Source: an uncultured Eubacteriales bacterium (lineage in GTDB: Bacteria; Bacillota; Clostridia; Acetivibrionales; CAVYEU01). From it: DNA of 64,000 nucleotides. Positions within the stretch are counted from its first letter, which is position 1, and each line of letters opens with the position of its first letter. The stretch lies in NCBI GenBank assembly GCA_963767415.1, contig CAVYEU010000040.1:4615-68614 (forward strand). The letters are read 5' to 3'. Below are positions 19,450-30,200 of the stretch, in pieces. Made by a program: the position numbers and the translations under genes. The notes under the pieces were generated by a model. The model made no database searches, was not told the DNA's origin, and saw only the letters and a list, made by a program, of their open reading frames with translations.

Positions 19450-20070
19450 ATGAATATGTTACCACAATTAACTAGTGAACAGACTTATATTAATATAACA
19501 AACCCTTTAGTATCCAGAATCTTGAGCAATAAGCTGTATACATTGTTATTCAAAGCAATAAATGAAAGCTACTCAACTATTGCATTTCTATGCATAGGAA
19601 CAGATAGATCAACTGGTGATAGCTTAGGACCGCTGACAGGCTATAAAATTGGACAATTAAATTATAGGAACACCTATTTATATGGTACTCTTGAAAACCC
19701 TGTTCACGCAAAAAATATATCTGAATCAATGAACAAAATTTATTGTATCCATGAAAAACCTTTTGTTGTAGCAATTGATGCATGCCTTGGTAAAGTCGAT
19801 CACGTCGGTTTTATTTCGGTTGGTCTAGGATCTATTAAACCTGGCTCAGGTGTAAAAAAAGACCTTCTGCCTGTTGGTGATATGTTCATAACAGGGATAG
19901 TTAATTTGGGTGGATTTATGGATTTCCTAGTTCTCCAAAATACCCGTTTAAGTGTTGTAATGAAAATGGCAGAAATTATTGCAACATCCGTAAGATATGT
20001 TTTGTGGAAATTAAATAAAGAGATTAACGAACAAGTGGAACGCAATAGATCGTTTGGCTGGATAAATTAG
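19450..20070 (+). CDS. yyaC: Spore protease YyaC family (GPR-like)
   Basis: FLCIGTDRSTGDSLGPLTGYKI and VVAIDACLG motifs. Confidence 0.75.
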   Translation: MNMLPQLTSEQTYINITNPLVSRILSNKLYTLLFKAINESYSTIAFLCIGTDRSTGDSLGPLTGYKIGQLNYRNTYLYGTLENPVHAKNISESMNKIYCIHEKPFVVAIDACLGKVDHVGFISVGLGSIKPGSGVKKDLLPVGDMFITGIVNLGGFMDFLVLQNTRLSVVMKMAEIIATSVRYVLWKLNKEINEQVERNRSFGWIN

Positions 20071-20335
20071 AGATTAAAATTTGCTTCCTTCCGTCAAAAA
20101 TGGCATTTCTTAGTTTGATTTCAATTTTCAATTTTATTAAGATTATCAAGCGTTTTTAATTTTATTAGGATATTTACTTTAGGCTAAATTACCTTTATAA
20201 TAAATTACAGAATAAAGAGAAATTAATGGATTATATTGGATTATATTGAATTATATTGGATTAGAAAAATCTTCTATTTCAGTTTTGACACCATTGGTAT
20301 ACAATAATCTTAAACTTGATAATATTAATTTCTCA

Positions 20336-20383
20336 AACCTATACTCATTTATGCGACTTGCATCGCATAAATGAGTATAGGTT
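20336..20383. repeat. 21-bp perfect inverted repeat with a 6-nt loop, not in a terminator context
   Basis: AACCTATACTCATTTATGCGA (20336-20356) is the exact complement of 20363-20383. No U-tract follows on either side. Confidence 0.85.
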
Positions 20384-20474
20384 ATGTGTCACATTTGAGC
20401 AAAAAAAATGAATAGTTGGTTTAGGAATGTCTTGTAAATAAACCTGTACGTATAAAACAAGGGAAATAATTAAA

Positions 20475-21128
20475 ATGATCAAAATAAAACAAATAATAGA
20501 AATATATCCTCGTGAGCCTGGATATTCTTTGTTCCCATTTTCAGCACATGGAGAGCTAATAACAGTATTTGAAAAAGGTGACGGGAAATTATATTGGTAT
20601 CGTGAAGATAAGCCTGATCCTTTATTTACTTTTGGTAATATAGTAGCATATGGTATAAAATTTTTATTGAATATTTTTACCTTAGGACTTTACTGGATAT
20701 TTGCATCGCAGACTAAAGGAAGAGTAAAATGTGTCGATTTCTCTAAGGAAGATATAGAATATATTTTACACTCACAAGAACTTAAACAAGAAAATATTAT
20801 TGATAAAAAGAATGCGGTCTTACTCAAAAAGCTTAAGGGAACTAGAGCAATAGTTCATAACAATATTACTGAGACTCAAAGCAAACGAATTTTAAAGGAA
20901 ATAGAATATGATGTCTTAAATCCTGGATATCTACAACTTTACTACAATAATTGCACAACATATGTAGAAAGATGGTTGGATTCTGCTAGTTTGCCACATT
21001 CTAATAGCCATATCCCTGCAATAGCGTATATTGAACAACGAAAAAGAGCTTTATCAAATAACTCTGGATTTATAGATTTTAATAATCCAAATGTAGTATA
21101 TTATAACGATATATCAAACGTAAAGTAA
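20475..21128 (+). CDS. Hypothetical protein; possible papain-fold (LRAT/PPPDE-like NNC motif) enzyme
   Basis: 217 aa. LQLYYNNCTTYVERWL resembles the catalytic-Cys block (NCxHF) of LRAT/PPPDE thiol peptidases. The candidate His is uncertain. Confidence 0.25.
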   Translation: MIKIKQIIEIYPREPGYSLFPFSAHGELITVFEKGDGKLYWYREDKPDPLFTFGNIVAYGIKFLLNIFTLGLYWIFASQTKGRVKCVDFSKEDIEYILHSQELKQENIIDKKNAVLLKKLKGTRAIVHNNITETQSKRILKEIEYDVLNPGYLQLYYNNCTTYVERWLDSASLPHSNSHIPAIAYIEQRKRALSNNSGFIDFNNPNVVYYNDISNVK

Positions 21129-21164
21129 TTTACTTTTTCAGTTAGCTTTTTTTATAAAAATTTA

Positions 21165-21755
21165 TTACCTTCTTCCAGCTCGGAATGGATTATCAACGAT
21201 ACCCGCCATTCTAAAATACTTTTCTCTCAAATTTGTGGGTATATAGTCAACAAATCTTTTGCCATCTTTATCCCTTGAGCTAGATTCTGCACCTATTTTT
21301 AGGAGTTTTTCCATCAGATCCAGATACAATTTAAATTTTTGCGTAGTATCTTCAAATTCAGCACTTTTATATGCAGCAAGTATCAAAGGAGTTCTTCCAT
21401 CAGCATTTTTATTATCAAGTCTGGCATGGTGTCTTATAAGCAAATCAGTTATTTCAATGTTTCCATTTGCAACAGCATAATGCAAAGGAGTGTTTTTATT
21501 ATCATCAACAAAATTGATGCGAATTTTATACTTTGATAAAAATCCGTAAATATAATCCATATCCTTATCATTTATGGCTTTAAAAAAATTAATTTGATCA
21601 TCAGTTAACTTGATTTTTTCTTGAGGATTGAAATGCTCTTTATATATTTGAGCAATTTCAGGAGAAACCTCAGATATGTCGTGCTCTTCTTGTATGATTT
21701 CATCTTTTTTATCTTTATTACTACTAGAAAATTTTGATTTTATTTTTTGCCACAT
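21165..21755 (-). CDS. Ankyrin-repeat protein
   Basis: NTPLHYAVANGNIEITDLLIRHHARLDNKNADGRTPLILAAYK are canonical ANK repeats. Confidence 0.8.
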   Translation of the reverse strand: MWQKIKSKFSSSNKDKKDEIIQEEHDISEVSPEIAQIYKEHFNPQEKIKLTDDQINFFKAINDKDMDYIYGFLSKYKIRINFVDDNKNTPLHYAVANGNIEITDLLIRHHARLDNKNADGRTPLILAAYKSAEFEDTTQKFKLYLDLMEKLLKIGAESSSRDKDGKRFVDYIPTNLREKYFRMAGIVDNPFRAGRR

Positions 21756-21910
21756 TTAGTTCACATCCTTATTTATTTAATCATCGCAATGCTTAGCAAA
21801 AAAAGAAACAAACATTTTTATAATATTAATAAATATTACTATTCAGACCATTTTCTTGTTATATTATAACATTACCTAATCTTATTGTACAGAATTAAAA
21901 AGTTTTGAAG

Positions 21911-21982
21911 TTTAGATCTGCGTGAAGAAAATTCTTAAGTATTCTGAAACATACTTAAGAACTTTCTTCACGCAGATCTAAA
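21911..21982 (-). terminator. 32-bp hairpin (1 mismatch) immediately after the 21992-23692 gene
   Basis: TTTAGATCTGCGTGAAGAAAATTCTTAAGTAT (21911-21942) pairs with 21951-21982. Confidence 0.5.
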
Positions 21983-21991
21983 AACGTTTAT

Positions 21992-23692
21992 TCATATTAT
22001 ATTCTTTGTTGGATTAGATTCATTCTTCGTTGTTAGATTAGAGTCATCTGATTTTTGGTTCTGTAAATTAGTATTAGAAGAAACAAATGGTATAGAAGTC
22101 TCTTTATTACAAGGTTTTATTGGCTCAATATGAGCCTGATTTATTGGATTGGCCTCAGCATTGGCAACAGAAATTGAATTGGCACCGGTATTAGCAACAG
22201 GAACTGGCTTAACCTCACTATTAGGAACAGAAATATATTGAGGATCAAGTTCATCTATTTTTATTACACATTCTTCTAAGACTTTTAAGTTCTTTTTAAT
22301 GTTTTTTAACATCTTAGACGAGCAATCACAGTCAACTATTAAAGAAATCATATTATATAGAAAAGATTCAATCGCATCAATAAATTTTGAGATAGAACTT
22401 CTCATTATATCTACTATTTTAGTGTCCATCTGAGTATTGTTCGTTTTTAAATTATCAACTCTTGTTTTATAAAGACCTGTTAATTTAACAATACATTTAT
22501 TTGTAATTGAATAGTATTGATCTAAATATTTATTTTTTTCGTTTGCAGTATCCAGTTGATTGATTTTTTCTATAGGTATATTTTTTAGCATCGAAAAACA
22601 TTTATTTAGATAAATTTCCTGTTTATCGGGAGGTACTATCTCTATTTGTCTATCCATTATCTCCAATAAAGACTCAAGACAATATTTGTCAAGTGATTCA
22701 AGTTTCTTTTCAAAATTCTCAAAATCTTTTTCAGAAAATGATGAAATATCAATTTTGTCTTTAAATGTAACACCATCGAAATAATCATATTTATATTCTT
22801 TTTTTGGTGGATAGCTAGGATCTCTATCTATAATATCTTTATATAATATATCGAATAATATTTTATAATTTCTATTAATTACTATATCAATTATACTTTC
22901 TTCTCTTTGAAGTTCTACATTTCCATTATATTGCCATGGATCAAAAAATCTTCGGCTAAAAATATTATTAAATGAGACACTAAATATACTTTCAATTTTA
23001 TTTAATTCGTGTTTATATGATATAAATTGTTTGCTTCCTGGAAATTCATTTTTTAGTTTTTCTTGTATTTCTTTATAGGTAATGAGACTATTTTTAAGTA
23101 TATTGATAGCTCTTGGTATTTGTTGATTAAAAACCTCAAAAGAATCATCAAATGTAGACCTTCGCCAATCATCAATATTTTCTCCAACAGCTAATGGTCC
23201 TGGAGGATAAATATCCTTTGATTCTTCAAGAGACTTAATATCTTTTGGATCTAATTCAAGCTCGATTTTTGGAATTATTTCATTAAGTATTTGATCAATT
23301 ATTCCTAAGAGTTTTTCTTTTTCATTATTATTTTTTTCACTTAGTAATTTTGAATAATCTATATGTAACAGTTTACCTAATAGTTCGCCAAAAGAATCTA
23401 TATTTGATAAAATATGATTATTATCAGTAGTTTGAAGTTGATAATAAGCTGGAAACATTTTTTTATATATTGGAAGCCTAATGTCAGCTGAACTATAAGA
23501 CCCAATTTCAGCTGAATCAAGCACAATAGTTATTCGACGAAGTATATCTGTCATTCCTTCTAGCAAATTGGTAATCAGTTTTTCCTTTTCATCCTTTTTC
23601 ATAGTATCCGGAAGATGTTTTTCAATACTTTCTATCTTTTGTGCAAATAAATCCTTATATTCTTCATTTAATGACATATTAATTCCTCCCAT
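21992..23692 (-). CDS. Hypothetical 566-aa protein (helical, Lys/Glu/Asn-rich; C-terminal VANxxAN repeats)
   Basis: Long uninterrupted ORF with an RBS-like GGGAGGAATTAA before an internal ATG. No motif recognised. Confidence 0.4.
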   Translation of the reverse strand: MGGINMSLNEEYKDLFAQKIESIEKHLPDTMKKDEKEKLITNLLEGMTDILRRITIVLDSAEIGSYSSADIRLPIYKKMFPAYYQLQTTDNNHILSNIDSFGELLGKLLHIDYSKLLSEKNNNEKEKLLGIIDQILNEIIPKIELELDPKDIKSLEESKDIYPPGPLAVGENIDDWRRSTFDDSFEVFNQQIPRAINILKNSLITYKEIQEKLKNEFPGSKQFISYKHELNKIESIFSVSFNNIFSRRFFDPWQYNGNVELQREESIIDIVINRNYKILFDILYKDIIDRDPSYPPKKEYKYDYFDGVTFKDKIDISSFSEKDFENFEKKLESLDKYCLESLLEIMDRQIEIVPPDKQEIYLNKCFSMLKNIPIEKINQLDTANEKNKYLDQYYSITNKCIVKLTGLYKTRVDNLKTNNTQMDTKIVDIMRSSISKFIDAIESFLYNMISLIVDCDCSSKMLKNIKKNLKVLEECVIKIDELDPQYISVPNSEVKPVPVANTGANSISVANAEANPINQAHIEPIKPCNKETSIPFVSSNTNLQNQKSDDSNLTTKNESNPTKNII

Positions 23693-23893
23693 CTTAATAC
23701 AAAAAATATCATAAAATATAAATTTATCTATGATGTTTTCATTATACTGTCTATGTTATTATTATACAACAATTATTCAAAAAATTGATAAGTTTGGAAA
23801 AATAATTATTACAATTCAATTATTACAATTTTTATTGAAGTAGAAAGCTCTTTATTGTCTTTATTGTTTTTTATTCTCTTGCAACAAAATTTA

Positions 23894-23902
23894 TGCTATA
23901 AT
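23894..23902 (+). promoter_or_regulatory. Putative extended -10 promoter (TGCTATAAT) for ilvD
   Basis: A TGnTATAAT match lies about 40 nt upstream of the ilvD ATG. Confidence 0.3.
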
Positions 23903-23940
23903 GAGCGAGATCAGTAATTCTTTTTTTAAGGAGAAACATT

Positions 23941-25599
23941 ATGAGAAGTGATATTATTAAAGATGGAATTGAGAAAGCTCCACATAGAGCTTTGCTCAAA
24001 TCTATGGGTTATATTGATGAAGAAATAAGAAGACCACTAGTTGGTATTGCGAATTCAAAAAGTGAGATTATACCTGGACATATAAATTTAGATAAAATTA
24101 CAGAAGCTGTGAAGGCAGGTGTTAGAATGGCAGGTGGAACCCCCGTTGAATTTGGATCGATTGGGGTCTGCGATGGTATTGCGATGGGTCATACTGGAAT
24201 GAAATACTCGCTTGCAACGAGAGAACTGATTGCAGATTGTTGTGAATCAATGGGTTTTGCACATGGTTTTGATGGCATGGTGTTTATTCCAAACTGTGAT
24301 AAAATCGTACCGGGTATGTTGATGGCTGCAGCAAGAATGGATATTCCTTCTATTTTAATTAGTGGAGGACCTATGCTTTCATTAACTAGAAATGGAAAGA
24401 ACCTTGATTTAAATAGTGTTTTTGAAGCTATTGGAGAATTTAAAGCTAACAAAATAACTGAGCAAGAGGTTAAAGAGTATGAAGACTATGCTTGTCCAGG
24501 ATGTGGCTCATGCTCAGGTATGTTTACTGCAAATTCGATGAATTGTTTGACTGAGGTGCTAGGAATGGGACTTCCTGGTAATGGCACAATTCCTGCAGTA
24601 TACGCTGAAAGGATTAGATTAGCAAAGCTTTGTGGGATGCAAATAATGGAGTTAATTAGAAAAGATATTAAACCATCGGATATTCTTACAAAGAATGCAT
24701 TTGAAAATGCTTTAATAGTTGATATGGCGATTGGATGTTCGACAAACTCTGTATTACATCTTGCTGCAGTTGCTAATGAGATGGGAATCGAATTTAATTT
24801 AGATATAGTAAATGAAATAAGCAGTAAAGTCCCAAATCTGTGCAAAATAGCGCCGGCAGGAAGTTATCATATGCAGGATTTATATGCTGCGGGTGGGGTC
24901 TATGCTGTGATGAAGGAATTGACTAAAAGAAATCTGATTCATTTAGATGAAATAACTGTAACTGGGAAAAAGGTTGGTCACAATATTGAAAATGCTAAAA
25001 TTTTAGATAATCAGGTTATACGTAATATTGAAAATCCGTATAGCCAAACTGGAGGAATCGCTGTATTAAAAGGTACACTTGCTCCAGATGGTGCAGTTGT
25101 CAAATGTTCTGCAGTAGACAGTAAGATGCTTATACATCAAGGACCTGCTAAGGTTTTTGATTCTGAAGAACTTGCTATAGATGCTATTTATAATAATAGA
25201 ATTCAAAAAGGTGATGTAGTAGTAATTCGATATGAAGGACCAAAAGGTGGACCTGGTATGAGGGAAATGCTTGGACCTACATCTGCGATTGCAGGAATGG
25301 GACTAGACAAAGATGTTGCACTGATTACAGACGGACGTTTTTCGGGTGCTACAAAGGGTGCTTCAATAGGGCATGTCTCTCCTGAGGCAATGGAGTGTGG
25401 ACCAATAGCGTTAGTTAAAGATGGAGATATTATCGATATTGATATAATAAATGGTAAAGTGGATATACAAGTTTCAGATGAGGAGTTAAATTTACGAAAA
25501 TTGAACTGGAAAGCTCCTGAACCTAAAATAACAAAAGGATATCTTAGTAGATATGCAAGAATGGTTTCATCGGCAAATACTGGAGCCGTTTTTCACTAA
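23941..25599 (+). CDS. ilvD: Dihydroxy-acid dehydratase
   Basis: 552 aa with [16 protein letters not shown] and GGPGMREML signature blocks. Confidence 0.95.
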   Translation: MRSDIIKDGIEKAPHRALLKSMGYIDEEIRRPLVGIANSKSEIIPGHINLDKITEAVKAGVRMAGGTPVEFGSIGVCDGIAMGHTGMKYSLATRELIADCCESMGFAHGFDGMVFIPNCDKIVPGMLMAAARMDIPSILISGGPMLSLTRNGKNLDLNSVFEAIGEFKANKITEQEVKEYEDYACPGCGSCSGMFTANSMNCLTEVLGMGLPGNGTIPAVYAERIRLAKLCGMQIMELIRKDIKPSDILTKNAFENALIVDMAIGCSTNSVLHLAAVANEMGIEFNLDIVNEISSKVPNLCKIAPAGSYHMQDLYAAGGVYAVMKELTKRNLIHLDEITVTGKKVGHNIENAKILDNQVIRNIENPYSQTGGIAVLKGTLAPDGAVVKCSAVDSKMLIHQGPAKVFDSEELAIDAIYNNRIQKGDVVVIRYEGPKGGPGMREMLGPTSAIAGMGLDKDVALITDGRFSGATKGASIGHVSPEAMECGPIALVKDGDIIDIDIINGKVDIQVSDEELNLRKLNWKAPEPKITKGYLSRYARMVSSANTGAVFH

Positions 25600-25626
25600 C
25601 TAAGGTATGCTTAAACGGGAGGTATT

Positions 25627-27306
25627 ATGAAGCTCACTGGAGCGCAGATTTTAATTGAGTGTTTGAAAGAACAGGGTGTTGATACTGTATTTGGTTTTCC
25701 GGGAGGGGCAGTATTAAATATATATGATGCATTGTATGAAGCTAGAAACGAAATAAATCATGTATTAACATCACATGAACAAGGGGCATCTCATGCAGCA
25801 GATGGATATGCTCGGTCAACTGGTAAAGTTGGGGTTTGTATTGCTACATCAGGACCAGGGGCTACAAATCTAGTTACTGGTATAGCTACGGCTTATATGG
25901 ATTCAGTGGCGATTGTTGCGATAACTGGGCAGGTTGCGACTTCTTTACTTGGCAGAGACTCATTTCAAGAAGTTGATATCACAGGGATAACTATGCCGGT
26001 GACAAAGCACAATTTTATAGTTAAGGACATAACCAATCTTGCTGACACTATTCGTAGGTCGTTTTATATTGCGAAAGAAGGACGCCCAGGACCTGTGTTG
26101 GTTGATATTTGTAAAGATGTTACAGCTTGCACTATCGAATTTGAACATAAACCAGTAAAAAAATCACATTCAATTAATATAGGCGTTAAGGAAAATATTA
26201 TTGATGAGGCAGTAGAAATTATATCTCAATCAAAAAAGCCCTTTATTTTAGCTGGCGGTGGCGTATCAATTGCAGGGGCAGATGAAGAGGTAAGGATATT
26301 AGCAGAAAAATGTAGAATTCCTGTTTCAACAACGCTTATGGGATTAGGGGCATTTCCGGGGACACATGAGCTTTTTACAGGTTTAATAGGGATGCATGGA
26401 ACCAAAACCTCAAACCTTGCAACCTTAGAAACTGATCTTTTTATAGCAATTGGTGCAAGGTTTAGTGATAGGGTAATTAGTAACGTTAAAAAGTTTGCTA
26501 AAGAAGCTAAGATTATGCATATTGATATAGACCCTGCTGAAGTTGGCAAAAATGTTTGCGTCAACTATCCACTGATAGGAAATATAAAGAAGATATTAAA
26601 GCATATAAATTTAAAACTTTCACATAAAAAGCATTCAGAATGGACTGAGAGAATATTAGAATGGAAAGAGAATTATCCTTTAAGATATCCTCAAGACGAG
26701 GTTTTAAGACCACATTTTATAGTTGAACGTATATATGAACTAACCCACGGTGAAGCAATAATCACGACAGAAGTAGGACAGAACCAGCTTTGGGCAGCTC
26801 AATTCTACAAATATTCATACCCAAGGCAGTTTATTTCCTCTGGTGGATTAGGAACCATGGGTTTTGGCTTAGGTGCATGCATAGGAGCTCAAATAGGAAA
26901 TCCGGATAAAAAGGTTATAAATATTGCAGGAGATGGAAGTTTTAGGATGAACTGTACTGAACTTGCAACAGCAGTAGAGTATAAATTACCTGTTATAATT
27001 GCACTGCTTAATAATCATGTTTTGGGAATGGTAAGACAGTGGCAGCAGCTGTTCTATAATGGAAGATTTTCTTCAACTACAATTGACAGGGGAACCAACT
27101 TTGTTGGATTAGCAGAAGCTTTTGGAGCTATAGGGATTGACGTAACCATTCCTTCTGAAGTAGACCCAGCTATTATACGGGCATTAGAATCCAAGGATAG
27201 ACCAGTACTAATAAACTTTGAAATAGATAAAGATGAAATGGTATTCCCTATCGTCCCACCGGGAGCACCTATTAGTGAACTGATTGAGGGGATTGATGAG
27301 CAATGA
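25627..27306 (+). CDS. ilvB: Acetolactate synthase (acetohydroxy-acid synthase) large subunit
   Basis: 559 aa ThDP enzyme with GFPGGAVL, SGPGATNL and the GLGTMGFGLGACIGAQ...GDGSFRMN ThDP-binding motif. Confidence 0.9.
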   Translation: MKLTGAQILIECLKEQGVDTVFGFPGGAVLNIYDALYEARNEINHVLTSHEQGASHAADGYARSTGKVGVCIATSGPGATNLVTGIATAYMDSVAIVAITGQVATSLLGRDSFQEVDITGITMPVTKHNFIVKDITNLADTIRRSFYIAKEGRPGPVLVDICKDVTACTIEFEHKPVKKSHSINIGVKENIIDEAVEIISQSKKPFILAGGGVSIAGADEEVRILAEKCRIPVSTTLMGLGAFPGTHELFTGLIGMHGTKTSNLATLETDLFIAIGARFSDRVISNVKKFAKEAKIMHIDIDPAEVGKNVCVNYPLIGNIKKILKHINLKLSHKKHSEWTERILEWKENYPLRYPQDEVLRPHFIVERIYELTHGEAIITTEVGQNQLWAAQFYKYSYPRQFISSGGLGTMGFGLGACIGAQIGNPDKKVINIAGDGSFRMNCTELATAVEYKLPVIIALLNNHVLGMVRQWQQLFYNGRFSSTTIDRGTNFVGLAEAFGAIGIDVTIPSEVDPAIIRALESKDRPVLINFEIDKDEMVFPIVPPGAPISELIEGIDEQ

Positions 27307-27472
27307 GGAATAATGAGACTGCACCACGTTATATGAAATATTTGCCTTATTGGGCATAAATCTTAGCTTGCTGATAACTTGCAAATATGAATACAAATAA
27401 AAACAAAATAGTGAAAAAATAATTGAAGTGGTTAAAAAGAATTAGGAGTTAGAACTTCAGAAAGGAATACAT

Positions 27473-28234
27473 ATGGATCTTAAAAGGAAAATGTTTATAT
27501 TTTGTTCTTTAAGTGGAATAATATTTGGTATAATTCTAGGTTTAGGATTTAGCAATATAAATAATGTGACTATTAAAACCTTTCATATAAGAAACGCATC
27601 AGAACTTAATTCAATACTTCAAAAACAGGGACTAGATGATTTAAAATTTGTTGAATCAATTTTAAGTAACAAAACAAATGCAAACATTCAATCTCGAGAT
27701 ATGAAAATAATTAATATTTTAGATGACCCGAGAAAAGAAATTATGCTAAATAATTTACATAGATATAACGATGGCATATTAGATCTTGATACAAGCTCTG
27801 GCGGAGGCAATTCCGGAGTTTATGACTGGATCATAAAATATTTAGATTTTAACGGAGAAATTCAGCAAATTAAGTTCTATGGTTATTTCGATGACTATTT
27901 GATAGATTTGGATGGAGATAGAGTTAGAGAAATCACTCATTCTTCCTATATTGATTTGGGAGAGAATCTTCAAAACATTGATATTGGTTATATACCAAGA
28001 TGGAGCGATGTTTATAAATTGGATACAAAAAATAATAAAATTGAATTAGTTAGTAGCAAATATCCAGAATATTACAAAAAGATATATATTCCTAAATTAC
28101 AAAAAAACATTCAAAATTTAAGTAATAAACTAAAGCAGTTAAAGCCTTTGGAACAGGTAAAAATAAACAATGCGATAAAGGCAAACCAATTTTTAATAAG
28201 TCGAGCAAGTTTAATAATAAGTAAGTGTCAATGA
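27473..28234 (+). CDS. Hypothetical N-terminally anchored protein
   Basis: 253 aa with one N-terminal TM helix and no motif. Confidence 0.4.
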   Translation: MDLKRKMFIFCSLSGIIFGIILGLGFSNINNVTIKTFHIRNASELNSILQKQGLDDLKFVESILSNKTNANIQSRDMKIINILDDPRKEIMLNNLHRYNDGILDLDTSSGGGNSGVYDWIIKYLDFNGEIQQIKFYGYFDDYLIDLDGDRVREITHSSYIDLGENLQNIDIGYIPRWSDVYKLDTKNNKIELVSSKYPEYYKKIYIPKLQKNIQNLSNKLKQLKPLEQVKINNAIKANQFLISRASLIISKCQ

Positions 28235-28250
28235 TTATAAAATTAGTCTA

Positions 28251-28307
28251 TTCTATAAAAACAAAGTACATAGGTCAAAATGAAAAGTGTACTTTGTTTT
28301 TATAGAA
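28251..28307. terminator. Bidirectional terminator hairpin between convergent genes (20-bp stem)
   Basis: TTCTATAAAAACAAAGTACA (28251-28270) is the exact complement of 28288-28307. Confidence 0.5.
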
Positions 28308-28334
28308 AATTACAAACTTTAAAAACCAGTTTTA

Positions 28335-28982
28335 TTATTTAGCTGTTTCTCCTTCGTTATTATGGATTTCTAATCTTGTAATTGAGACTTCATACGCTAT
28401 CTTTTCTAATATTTCTCCTGATTCAGTCTTTTTTTGGTAATATCTACTCTGAATCCTACCCCATATTTTAACGAAGTCCCCAACCAATATATTCTCAGAA
28501 TAACGTGCGTTTCTTCCCCAAGATATACAAGGAATATAGTCAGATTTATTAAATGCTCTATTAACTGCAATCAGAATATCAGAGATTTCTCTTCCAAATG
28601 GAGTAACACGATATATCGGTTTTTTACATACGTACCCTTCAAGAAAAATTTGGTTTGAATTTTTAATTATTTTTTCGTCTGGACAAAAGCTTATATCTTT
28701 AGCAAATACAGTTAATATAAGTTTGCTTCCAGCATTATTATAATTATTATAAGATCTAAACTGTCCATATACCTCAATATATTTGCCGATTTCTAACTGA
28801 CTTATAGGAATAAGCCTTTCAGAGATAGTAATAGGTATTTTATCAAAACTTTTACTAAGTCTTGATACTTCAAGAACAAAACTTAAAAATGTTTCTCCAT
28901 AGACTTCGTGACTAAATTGAGGCTGTGAAAGGATCTTTCCAAATAAATTTACATTATTGTTTTGTATTAAATTTATAACCAT
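28335..28982 (-). CDS. Tandem OB-fold, SSB-like protein
   Basis: Two halves each show an SSB-like pattern, for example ISWGRNARYSENILVGDFVKIWGRIQSRYY. It lacks an acidic SSB tail. Confidence 0.4.
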   Translation of the reverse strand: MVINLIQNNNVNLFGKILSQPQFSHEVYGETFLSFVLEVSRLSKSFDKIPITISERLIPISQLEIGKYIEVYGQFRSYNNYNNAGSKLILTVFAKDISFCPDEKIIKNSNQIFLEGYVCKKPIYRVTPFGREISDILIAVNRAFNKSDYIPCISWGRNARYSENILVGDFVKIWGRIQSRYYQKKTESGEILEKIAYEVSITRLEIHNNEGETAK

Positions 28983-29438
28983 TTAATTGCCACTCTCCTC
29001 TCCTTTATGCTTCTGTATATTTGTTCTTTATCTACTGGGATAACGATTTCATTGATTGATGCTCAAGTTCTTACTTAAAGAAACAATCAAGAATTCTATT
29101 TATCTACAGTAATTTCTATTCAAAGCAAATATCTTTTAGAAGTATTTTCTGCAATCATTTGTAATGATCATAAAAATATTTTAATAAAAGTATTTAAGCT
29201 AAAACAATAGGACTGATAAACAATATATGCAAAGAAGGCTACTATATTACTTCAAAGGAAAGACCATTTGCGATAACATAAAATTAGGATACTATTAATT
29301 TTTTTACACCATAAATCTATTATATATTATTTTTCCTTAATTGAAAATCCCTAAATTATTTTTAGATTTTGAATAAGATTAAATGACATGGGGCAAGAGT
29401 ATTGACAATATTTCCACCACCATGGCACTGTTTTATAT

Positions 29439-30104
29439 TTAGTAAGCATAATTAATTTGACTTAAATCAATTCCATTTATTAGTGCAAATGATGCCGCAG
29501 CCATTACATCATATGGATTAAACTCACTTGAGTCAACCTTAATTAAGTACTCCTGAGGCTCGATTTTTTTACCATTTTTCGTCAAAATCGTTTGTTGAAG
29601 GTAACACATAAAATTTTCCTTAAAAATCGTATCTCCGATACTTGAAGTTGTAACGTTTGCTTTTGAATTAAATCCATAGGTAATAATGTACTGTTTTATA
29701 TCTTGAAATATATTAGAAATATCATTATAATCAACATTTATTATAGCGACACCTTTATCTCCTAATAATGATAAACTTTTTTTTAATATTGAATTATACG
29801 TATGTTCACTAATTGGTGAAATCTCATTAAGGTATTCGTTTTTATTTTCAAAAATCAGTATATCAAATTTAAAATATTCAAGAGTTTTAGAATATAAATC
29901 GCATAAATCAATTTTAAACATTAGAATATCAACATCATTTTTAGTCAGTTCTTCTATATAATTCTTGATTTTTCTATCATTTGACTCGTCAAATTCTTTT
30001 AAATCAACAATACTAATTTTTTTACCTGTTAAAGATAATAGAGAATTAATAAGTGTAACCATTTTATTATCTTTATTAAACCCTAGGGTACCTGTCACAA
30101 GCAT
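29439..30104 (-). CDS. Mur-ligase central-domain-like protein with a degenerate P-loop
   Basis: MLVTGTLGFNKDNKMVT stands in place of VTGTNGKTT. The late FNPYDVMAAASFALINGI resembles the Mur ligase GxFNxxNxxAA block. There is no C-terminal domain. Confidence 0.3.
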   Translation of the reverse strand: MLVTGTLGFNKDNKMVTLINSLLSLTGKKISIVDLKEFDESNDRKIKNYIEELTKNDVDILMFKIDLCDLYSKTLEYFKFDILIFENKNEYLNEISPISEHTYNSILKKSLSLLGDKGVAIINVDYNDISNIFQDIKQYIITYGFNSKANVTTSSIGDTIFKENFMCYLQQTILTKNGKKIEPQEYLIKVDSSEFNPYDVMAAASFALINGIDLSQINYAY

Positions 30105-30200
30105 TTATAAAACCTCGCTTCTTAAGGTATTATTGTACTATTTTGTATATATATATAATATGCATTATTTAACATAATATGCATAAAAGATAATATTATT

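Noticed and set aside
20228-20264. 10-bp tandem repeat GGATTATATT (about 3.6 copies) as a regulatory or phase-variable element
   Set aside because: It is a short AT-rich microsatellite in an intergenic region with no adjacent start codon or promoter that I can tie to it. It is noted only as part of the island description.
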